Origin: the human T2T-CHM13v2.0 reference genome, Homo sapiens
Length of the DNA: 64,000 bases
Assembly: GCF_009914755.1 (NCBI RefSeq)
Contig: NC_060925.1
Direction: 5' to 3' (one strand)
The notes under the pieces: model-generated
What the model was told of the DNA's origin: nothing
The model's database searches: none
Seen by the model: the letters and a program-made list of their open reading frames with translations, nothing else
Made by a program: the position numbers and the translations under genes
Shown: positions 22,467 to 33,422 of the stretch, in pieces
How positions within the stretch are numbered: position 1 is the stretch's first letter
Layout: each line of letters begins with the position of its first letter

Positions 22467-25400
22467 TTAAATTCAAAGGAAAGGCATTTTTTTAAGAAAA
22501 AAATACTTTAAAATAATTAACAGATATTTCTGATATAAATGTATCATTTGTACATGATATAAATGGCAGGCCCCGTCTATCCCAGACAGAAAAAGACGCA
22601 AAATAGAGCAGAAGCCATCCTACTAGAAAAGTGAGCTGTACAAGGTCACCTTTAGGTTAAAATAAAGGCCACTGTACAGCAAGGTTATTCGTACAGTACA
22701 AGGCAAGGGCATGGAGGGTTTTGGTAGCTTGATTCTAAAGAAACTTCAGGTCTGAAAAAATAACTAAAAATAAGACTTAAACATGAAAGATAACAAGAAA
22801 ATCAAGGAAAATCAAATAAAGTAAGCAAGGAATAGGAAAACGTATAAACGTTAACAAAAGGAGTCCCTAAGCCTAGAGAAAGAAACTGGCTCGTGACAAG
22901 TATCTCCTGCGATCTGGACCTACATGTTGTTTCCACCCCTTCAACCTTTCCCCTACTCCCTTCCCCGAAACACATGCACACACAAAGCCATCGACCATTG
23001 TGGACTTTAACCCTATTTTGTTTGTTTGTCTTTTACTTAATGCTCGTATTTTTTACTTTTTTCACTTTGCCTCTCACTTTAGCCAAAAATACTGGCTCTA
23101 CCATCACCTGAACTTCCTCACACCTTTTAGAGTCAGGGGTGACCTCCCACCGGCTAGATCTGGATCTAAGACTTCCAAGTTTTCTCATCTCAGCTAAATC
23201 TTCCAGACATTCTTTTCTCGCAGGTTTTAAAAATTTTCTGGTTCTGTATGTCTGATTCTCCAGTATAACTTTTTTCATGAATCCCAGGGATATTTAAAGT
23301 CTTACCTATATATAGTTTGTTCTATTATATTTAATTTAAAGTTAGTGGTCTTGATTTTTTTTACTTTCCATGATCTCAAACATCAAATATTATGAATTCA
23401 ATTTCTACACCAGATAGATAAGCAGAACAAGTAAAACATCCACAAAACCTGGGGGAGACTGAAGGCTTGTTAAGCAAAATCTCTAGTTAGAGATTCCACA
23501 AAAGAAGTGATACATTACTGGATTCTGATCATGAAGCCAGGCGGTACCAGGAGTTGTTTTATAGGCACTGCCATGTGCTATAAGCTAGGGTTCTAGACTT
23601 ACAGAAATTCTTTATCCTAAGTTTAGGTTGAATCTTTTGAAATCAAGAGTCTTTCCCTCTCATAGTTTATAACTCCTTTTATAAATATGGATGGATTAAT
23701 CATATTTGTTCTTAAAATGTGAGCCAATTGATATCAGGTTAATGTCAATTTATGATGTTCATCTGATGCAATATTTATTCTTTTCTTTAAACCAATTTAG
23801 ATGATGGGAAGAATACCAAAATGTATGGTTCAGAAAAGGTGATACATAACTGCAGACATAAATGCTAACAAGCCAAACAGCTGTCCTAAAGGAATTTGGC
23901 AAGTTTAAACACTAAAATTTCTTTTCTTTTTCTTTTTTCTTCTTTTTTAGTGACAGGGTCTCACTCTGTCACCCTGGCTGAAGTGCAGTGGTGTGATCAT
24001 AGCTCACTGCAGCCTCAAACTTCTGGGCTCAAGTGATCCTCCTGCCTCAGTCTCCTCAAGTCTAGGATTACAGGCATGAGCTGCTGTACACAGCCTAAAA
24101 TTTCTAATAGAAGAATTTAACAACACCAAAAGCTGCCAAAATAATAATGGTAACATAGAACATGGATCTTAAAGCGTGAGTCACACGTGTATTGTACCTA
24201 TCACTATTTAAACTAGAACACTATATAGAATCAAATACTTCACAACAAGCTAGATACTCTTAGAATTAAGCCAGCAGAAACCCATATGGCTGGACCAGAC
24301 ACTGTGGCACACACCTATAATCCCAGTGCTTTGGGAGGCCAAGCAGGTGGATCACTTGAGCTCAAGAGTTCGAGACCAGCCTGGCCAACATGGCGAAACC
24401 CTGTCTCTACTAAAAATAAAAATTAAAAAAAAAAAAAGAAGAAAAGAAAAAAAAGAAACCCATATGGTTGGAGTGAAACATTTGTCTTAAGCCTCTTGTT
24501 ATCTCAGCATGAACATACACATTGGAAAATACCACTTCCCAAACAAAAGCTTAACTAAGACCTATCCAGTAATAATTCAATTTTATAAAAATAGAACTAT
24601 GGTGTGTACCAAGTTTCATACTGGTCAGAGTCAGACCGTTTACCTAAATTGCTTTTGTTATGTGCAGGTAAATGTTGTATGTCAAGAATGAAGGCAAAAT
24701 CAGAACTGTTATGTGACAATCAAAAATATAATGGTAATGTCAACACTAATCATTTGAAATCATCTCTCTTGCCTTAAATTTATACCTAGCAATAAAAAAT
24801 ATATATTTGTCTTATATGAAATATGTGAATTTCATGATCTGGAAGCTCTAGTAGTAATTTTCACGATGATTGATGTAGCCATAGCATAGGGTCTCAAGTT
24901 AACAATGAATTTTCCTTTACAAAAGATGAGGCCCAAATTCAGTGATTCATTAACTCAAATAAAAATCTAGACTCTAGTTTCTAATTTATTTTTATGTTTA
25001 CCACATCCTACAGATACTCTCATAACATATGTTCTACCAACAGGAAAATCGACACAGAGGTAGGATAAAGGACCGGCTCCAACTGACGTAATTTATAATA
25101 GTAGCAAAGACAGGGAATCAAATAAAAAATGCAGCTTAGCCTCTGAGGTCCCCATACTCAGTTATATAATGGCCCAGCTACTGAGAGAAAACTCTTCAGC
25201 ATCAAATAAGGAAATATTTGAAATTTTTAAAAATTCATATGAGCTATTAGAATTAAATACTGGATTGCCATGTAGTTTAAAGGCTTGCATTGTGATTTCA
25301 AAAATAATTTATATTTATCAAGTGCCTACTAAATACTAAATAAGTTACTTAGCATTTCTCTCAGTCCTTATTAACTCCATATTACAGGTAGAGAAACATG

Positions 25401-26326
25401 CTAGGTGAAGTAACTTGACTATTGCCCTGTGCTGGAACCATAATTTGAATCTATTCATGCTATATGACTTCTTTTATAAAAGCACTAAAAATTTCTCTTC
25501 TGTAAGAACTTTCTGATACATATATACTTACAAACACCTCTTGTGGCAATAAATTAAAGAAACATGATTCCATCTTAAAAAAAAGCATCTTTTAGATATA
25601 TTGTTCTCTTCCAAGATTTAATTCCATTCTTTTGACAGATAATCTAATAAGTTTGGTACTCACACTTAAGTCTCTCCTAAAGATTCTCATGTAAATTGTC
25701 CTGTTTCTCAAACAGAACAGACGTATGCAATAAATAAGTGCAAATTTTCCTTTCAAAAACTAGCCCATTTACTGGACTATCTTCTTTATTTTTTCTCTCG
25801 CCATTTTACATACCATTCCTCAAATATATTCCTAACAGTTAATCAGCGTACCTGATTGTCTGATACTGTGCTCTTTGTAAATTGGTTATGTAGCCCAGTA
25901 CTTTTAAACATATTTTATGGAGACATTAACTTTTTTTTTAATTCAAACATAGCCATGTCACATATGGGTAAACAACAGTGAATCACTTAAAGAAGACTGC
26001 CACATCCACCGTCTTTCCAATCGCTCTCTCTGTGGCTACGATTAGTGCCTTTACTTCCTCTCTGCGTGCCTGAAGACACTTTTTCATTCCCTGTGAGTAA
26101 AAATTCGAGAAGTCCTCCCAACATTGAAGCAAACTGCTGCTACCCTACTCACAAGGAACCTCAAACTAAAGGCAACTCTTCTGAGAAAGGTCGATTGTAA
26201 AATCACAGGGACAAAAGGCTGACCCAAAGACTCGGGCCCCTTTGGATAGCACCACAAAGGCCCCCTCAGACAGCACCTGCCAGGACTCTCACCAAATTTA
26301 CTGCCACCCTCTGAGTAGCTATTTAC

Positions 26327-26777
26327 CTGCTTCCATGTCTCCCTGGGGCTTGGGTGCTGCGCAGTAACAGCAGTCCAAGAAGATGACATAGTTAAGAACA
26401 TTGAAGAACAGACCGATAATTCCAGCACTGAGAACCAGTATCGGCTCCTCTGTCTTCTGGGGATTGATGTACCTTTTGATGGCTTCAACCAGGATGCTGA
26501 ACATCAGCGCCACCGCAAAAATGGTGTTCCCAAATGCTCCCACAACATCTGCCCGAAGAAAGCCGTAAGTGCTCTTCTTGTGCTGTTTTATGTTACTGGC
26601 CCTTACACCAAAAAAACCTATGATCATGGACACAAAGTGGGAAAGGACGGCAAAAGCATCGGAGGCCAAGGAGAGGGAGTTGCCAACGTAAGCGATCACT
26701 AGTTCCATCACAAAGAGGAGGATGCTAACGACGCACATGAGGATTAAACGGAAGCTTCTTCCGGAGTATCGCCCCAT
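26327..26777 (-). CDS. SLC30A10: ZnT/SLC30 (CDF family) first coding exon, TM1-TM4; probable alternative, duplicated exon 1 of SLC30A10
   Basis: MGRYSG start, GNSLSLASDAF, TYGFLRADVVGA and VEAIKRYINP are SLC30A1/A10 signatures. Kozak GCCGCCATGG. 451 nt ending GCA G|GTAAAT (phase 1). SLC30A10 is the known neighbour downstream of EPRS1 on the same strand. Confidence 0.85.
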
Positions 26778-26917
26778 GGCGGCTCGGTGCCCTGGCAGTT
26801 CCTCTCCCTTTCTTGGGAAGGCTGAGCTGCTAGGGAAGCAGCTATAGATTCAGTGATTACAACTCCTGGGTAACTCTTCCCTTCAGCCCTCCGGCGCTTG
26901 TCATATTTGGAAATCAC

Positions 26918-26926
26918 CTTTTATAG
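26918..26926 (-). promoter_or_regulatory. TATA box of the upstream ZnT exon
   Basis: CTATAAAAG on the minus strand about 140 nt upstream of the ATG; no upstream ATG between the predicted TSS (about 26895) and the start codon. Confidence 0.6.
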
Positions 26927-27577
26927 GTTGCTATAAAGCCATAAAACAGTTTAAAGGGCAATTAAGCAAGAGATGTCACATGAGCCAGGATTTATGGAAA
27001 TACAAGACACTGGCTTCAGATATGGACTTGAGAGACTGTTTTGTTTGTGCATGTGTGTGTTTAATTACAGACGTCAAGAGCTTCTGTGTCCTTGAGTCAT
27101 GTAGAAGCTCATCAGTGGCGGTGGCCTTTCCAGCTTCCATGCTCCGTGTGTGCAGCAACAGCTCAGGTGAAGCAAGTCATTTGACATAAGCAATTACATC
27201 TTGTCCACCTGGTGTGCAGTTCTGAATGTCATTTACTGTGTGAAGTAGGGAATATTCGAGGGGTCACCCTACTTCCAAACATTCTCTATAAGACAAAAGA
27301 AATATTCCTCATATTCAGGAAACCTTTAAACTGGAAGAGCTGAAGACATAATTCCAGTTAGTTTCCAGGAAGACAGACAGGTAATAATGATTTCACTGAT
27401 GCAAGGAAGTTTTTGTTTTTATTTTTAAAAAATGTTATCTGTCAAACACTCATAGCCCTTAAAGGCCTATCAGTTCCAAAATGACTGAAACAGCAGTGGC
27501 CTCTATTGTGAGCAGCCTGACTACTGTCAATCTTTTAAAGAAACATAGAGTGATATTACAATCTCTGTTTCTCCCAG

Positions 27578-30395
27578 ATGTGATGTTAATTTTGTATGTC
27601 AACTTGACTGGTCATTTGGTCAATGACATGCAAGACTTTCTGGCTTTGTCTGTGAGTGTGTTTCTGGATGAAATTAACAGTTGGATCAGCAGAGTGAATG
27701 AAGGAGATTGCCCTCACTAATGTGGGTGGGCCTCCTCCAATCAGTTGAAGCCTGAGTAGAACAAAAATGCTGAATAAGAGGTAGCTCTTCCTGCCTGACT
27801 GCCTTCAGCCTGGGACGTTTGTTTTTTCCTGCCTTCAGACTCAAACTGAAACATGGACTCTTCCTGGGTCTTGAGCGTGTGGGTCTTTGATTTGGGCTAC
27901 ACCATCGGCTCTCCTGGGTCTCTTGCCTACTGATTCACCATCAATCTTGGGACTTCTTAGTCTTTTAATCATGTGAAATAATTCTTTATAATACATTTCT
28001 TTATATATATATATAAACATATATAAATATATATATAAATATATATAAATATATATAGATATATATAAATATATATAAATATATATAGATATATATAAAT
28101 ATATATAGATATATAGATATATAAATATATATAAATATATAGATATATATAGATATATAAATATATATAAATATATATAGATATATAAATATATATAAAT
28201 ATATATAGATATATATAGATATATATAAATATATATATATATAGATATATATAAATATATATAGATATATATAAATATATATAGATATATATAAATATAT
28301 ATAGATATATATAAATATATATAGATATATATAAATATATATAGATATATATAAATATATAGATATATAAATATATATAGATATATATAAATATATAGAT
28401 ATATAAATATATATAGATATGTATAAATATATAGATATATAAATATATATAGATATATATAAATATATATAGATATATATAGTTATATATAAATATATAA
28501 ATATATAAATATATAAATATATATAAATATATAAATATATAAATATATATAAATATATATAAATATATAAATATATATAAATATATATAAATATATAAAT
28601 ATATATAAATATATATAAATATATATAAATATATAAATATATATAAATATATATAAATATATAAATATATATAAATATATAAATATATATAAATATATAT
28701 ATAAAAATATATATAAATATATAAATACATATAAATATAAATAAATATATAAATATATATAAATATATATAAATACATAAATATATATAAATATATATAG
28801 ATATATAAATATATAGATATATATAAATATATATAGATATATAAATATATAGAGATATATAAATATATATAGATATATAAATATATAGAGATATATAAAT
28901 ATATATAGATATATATAAATATATAGAGATATATAAATATATATAGATATATATAAATATATATAGATATATAAATATATATAGATATATATAAATATAT
29001 ATAGATATATAAATATATATAGATATATATAAATATATATAGATATATAAATATATATAGATATATATAAATATATATAGATATATAAATATATATAGAT
29101 ATATATAAATATATATAGATATATAGATATATAGATATATATAAATATATATAGATATATAGATATATAGATATATATAAATATATATAGATATATAGAT
29201 ATATAGATATATATAAATATATATAGATATATAGATATATAGATATATATAAATATATATAGATATATAGATATATAGATATATATAAATATATATAGAT
29301 ATATAGATATATAGATATATATAAATATATATAGATATATAGATATATAGATATATATAAATATATATAGATATATAGATATATAGATATATATAAATAT
29401 ATATAGATATATAGATATATAGATATATATAAATATATATAGATATATAGATATATAGATATATATAAATATATATAGATATATAGATATATAGATATAT
29501 ATAAATATATATAGATATATAGATATATAGATATATATAAATATATATAGATATATAGATATATAGATATATATAAATATATATAGATATATAGATATAT
29601 AGATATATATAAATATATATAGATATATAGATATATAGATATATATAAATATATATAGATATATAGATATATAGATATATATAAATATATATAGATATAA
29701 ATATATATAAATATATATAAATATATATAAATATATAAATATATATAAATATATATAAATATATATAAATATATATAAATATATAAATATATATAAATAT
29801 ATATAAATATATATAAATATATAAATGTATAAATATATAAATATATATAAATATATATATAAATATATAAATATATAGAAATATATATAAAAATATAAAT
29901 ATATATAAATATATATGAATATATATATAAATATATAAATATATATAAATATATATAAACATATAAATATATATAAATATATATAAATATATAAATATAT
30001 AAATATATATAAATATATAAATATATAAATATATATAAATATATAAATATATATAAATATATATAAATATATAAATATATATAAATATATAAATATATAT
30101 AAATATATAAATATATATAAATATATGTAAATATATAAATAAATAAATATATATAAATATATATAAATATATAAAAATATATATAAATATATAAAAATAT
30201 ATATATAAATATATATATAAATATATAAATATATATAAATATATATATAAATATATAAATATATATAAATGTATATATAAATATATAAATATATATAAAT
30301 ATATAAAGTATATATAAATATATATATATAAAACTATCTGTGTACCATGCATACACATTCTCATTGGTTCTGTTTCTCTGGAGAACACTGGCTAA
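27578..30395 (+). mobile_element. MLT2 (ERVL) solo LTR split by the AT-rich expansion
   Basis: Starts tgtgatgttaattttgtatgtcaacttgactgg, ends ttggttctgtttctctggagaacactggctaata, both MLT2 termini. Confidence 0.85.
28000..30332. repeat. 2.3-kb AT-rich micro/minisatellite of A(A/G)(AT)n units with a perfect 36-bp higher-order core (about 29100-29695)
   Basis: Unit AAATATATAT-AGATATAT-AGATATAT-AGATATATAT; sequence lines recur every 180 nt. Confidence 0.97.
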
Positions 30396-31339
30396 TAGTC
30401 TGACTTTGACTAAAACCTGATAATTTAGACAGTAGCCCTAACAGCTTCCATAGTATCTCATAAATTATCTCCAATTCAGTTAATATTCTGACAGACTTCC
30501 AATACAACCATATTGTGAAAATTATTGCTCTAAGACTAGCTCTTTCATCCATTCATGCCACAAATACTTACTGAGTGCCGACATGCTGGACAGAGTTCTA
30601 GGCTCCAGAGAGACAGCAGCCAACAAAACAGGCAAAAATCTCTGCCCTTATGAAGGTTGTATTCTAGTGATTGATGGGGGGAGATAAATGATTAACAAAA
30701 TAAATTATGAAATGTATTGAATATTAAATGGTGATATGTATGATGAAGACACATAAAGCAGGGGAAAGAGATAGGGATGGATTGTAATTTTAAAGAAAAT
30801 GGTCAGGGAAGAATTTTAAATAAATTTTAAATAAATTTAAATTTTAAATTTTAAATAAAATGGTCAGGGAAGAATTTACTAAAATGTTCTTCGAATAAAG
30901 ATCTGAAGGAGGTAAGAAACTAAACCACACAGACATCTGAAGGAAGATCTTTCTGGGCAGAAGGAACAATGAGCATGGGAATTCAAGGGACACCAAAGAA
31001 GTCAGCAGGGCTGGAGAGGAGTAATGGCGAGGATGAGAAAGAGGAGACAAAGCCAGAGAAGTGATGGAGAAGGGGCAGATCATGTGGGGCCTGGAGATGG
31101 GAGAATACTGAGCAGAAGAATGAGGAGGTCCTGTATATGTTTTAAAGGAATCGCTGTATGTGTTTGAGATCACATGAAAGCAGAGAGACCAGTTAGGAGG
31201 CTACTGCAATAATCTAGATGAGATTGTGGTTTAGACTAGGTGTAAAGTGGAAACACCCAGGCAGGACTGGCTACATAATTCATGGGTTCTACTGCAAAAT
31301 GGAAAAGCAGGTTCCATTGTTCAAAAATTATCAAGAATG

Positions 31340-31960
31340 TTTTATTTTTTTGAGATAGTCATGCTCTATCGCCCCGTCTGGAGTGCAGTGGAATGATCTC
31401 TGCTCACTGCAACCTCTACCTCCTGGTTTCAAGTGATTCTTGTGCCTCAGCCTGCCAAGTAGCTGGGACTCCAGGCATGAGCCACCATGCCCAGCTAATT
31501 TTTGTATTTTTAGCAGACACAGGGTTCCACCATGTTGCCCAGGCTGGTCTGGAACTCCTGGCCTCAAGTGATCTGCCTGCCTTGGCCTCTCAAAGTGCTG
31601 CGACTGCAGGTGTAAGCCACCATGCCCAGCCAATTATCAAGAATTTTTAAGCCAGGCGTGATGGTGTGCATCTGTAACCCCAACATTTTGGGAGGCCAAA
31701 GTGGGAAGATTGCTTGAGGCCCAGAATTCAAGATCAGCCTGGGCAACATAGCAAGAGTCTGCAACTACAAAAAAATTTTTTAAATTAGCCAGGCATGGTG
31801 GCACACTCCCTGTTGTCCCAGTTACTTGGGAGACAAGTAGATGGGAGGATTGCTTGAGCCCAAAAGTTTGAGGCTGCAGTGAGCTATGATTGTGCCAGTA
31901 AACTCCAGCCTGGGTGACAGAGAAAGACTTTATCCCCCCACCCCGCAAAGAAAAGGAAGA
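31340..31960. mobile_element. Head-to-head Alus (- 31340-31630; + AluJ 31650-31960)
   Basis: Alu consensus; TSDs aattatcaagaat and aagaatttttaa/aagagtttttaa. Confidence 0.9.
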
Positions 31961-31985
31961 AGAAGAGTTTTTAAATGGCGCAGCC

Positions 31986-32137
31986 CTGGAATCCACAAGG
32001 AGGAGGTTCAGTATTCTCTCCTGAGCGTGAAGTTGGTTCTTGGCGTTGCTTCACTGCAACTGCTATTTGCCATTGATGATTGTTCTTCTCTTCCTCTGAG
32101 AGAGTAAGAGGGAGAGGATGCATGCAGTCTGAGTGGT
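31986..32137 (+). pseudogene. 5'-truncated U3 snoRNA retropseudogene
   Basis: Matches the U3 3' domain: ctcctgagcgtgaag (box B), ccattgatgattgttcttctc (box C), gtctgagtggt (box D); A-rich tail; TSD aaatggcgcagcc/aaatggtgcaacc. Confidence 0.92.
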
Positions 32138-32169
32138 TTCTCTTAAAATAAATAAATAAATAATAAATA

Positions 32170-32780
32170 AAATGGTGCAACCACTATGGAAAACAATATA
32201 GCAGTTCTTTAAAACTTAAAAATAGAATTGCCATATGATCCAGCAATTCCACTTCTGGGTATAGAAACTTGAAAAGATTTGACAGCAGGGCCCTGAAGAG
32301 GTATGTACACCCCATGTTCATAGCATCATTCACAATAGCCAAAAAGCAGAAGCAATCCAAGTGTCCATCAACAGATGAATTTTTTTAATGGGGTCTACAT
32401 ACATACAAGCACATATTATTCCACCTTAAAAGGAAGAAAATTCCAATACATGCTAAAACATAGATAAACCTTGAGGACATTTGCTCGGTGGAATAAACCA
32501 GCCACAAAAAGATGAATGTTGTATGAGTCCACTTATATGAGGTATCTACAGTCAAGTTCAAATTCACAAAAATGGAAGGGAGAATGATGGTTGCCAGGGG
32601 CTGAAGGGAAGGTGACATGGGGCAGTTGTTTAGTGGCTACAGAGTTTTGGTTTTGCAAGGATAAAAAAAGATGAGACTGGGTGCACAACTATGTGGATAT
32701 ACTTAACACTACTGAACTGTACACTTAAAAATGGTTACGATAGTAAATGTTATGTTATATGTATTTTACCACACTCCAAT
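32170..32780 (+). mobile_element. L1M (L1MB-like) 3' fragment
   Basis: atagaattgccatatgatccagcaattccacttctgggtata ... ctgaactgtacacttaaaaatggtt. Confidence 0.85.
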
Positions 32781-32993
32781 TTTTTTAAATTATTAATAAT
32801 TTCAAGACAGCAACAGCAGAGCACTAAACCAAGCACAGAGCCCGGTGCAACTGCTCAGGTCGCACACACATGAAGCTGGCTGGTATCCAGGAGATTTTGA
32901 AATTAAAGTCAACAGCATGTGCTGAGTAATTAAACATAAGGTAGGAGAGAGGCAATAGTCAAGACAGCACTAGGGGCTGGGCACGGTAGCTCA

Positions 32994-33422
<429 letters not shown>

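Larger units (their letters stand above)
31262..32884 (-). mobile_element. MER45A-like hAT transposon split into 31262-31338 and 32787-32884
   Basis: caggactggctacataatt...tgttcaaaaattatcaagaat resumes as aattattaataatttcaagacagcaacagcagagcactaaaccaagc...catgaagctggc. Confidence 0.75.

Noticed and set aside
26084-26488. 134-aa ORF overlapping the ZnT exon
   Set aside because: Alternative frame running through the splice donor, with no protein features
26319-26777. Canonical SLC30A10 exon 1 or a processed ZnT pseudogene
   Set aside because: The sequence differs from canonical exon 1 as recalled, and it ends at a splice donor with no downstream exon sequence, poly(A) tail or TSD
29100-29695. 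36-bp periodicity resembling a CRISPR array
   Set aside because: No unique spacers; a eukaryotic tandem repeat
27969-30388. Two 795-aa I/Y-rich ORFs
   Set aside because: Artefact of translating the AT repeat, which has no stops in those frames
30797-30878. Direct repeat aaaatggtcagggaagaattt around an AT spacer; similar micro-duplications near 45120 and 50995
   Set aside because: Ordinary local slippage duplications in repeats or introns
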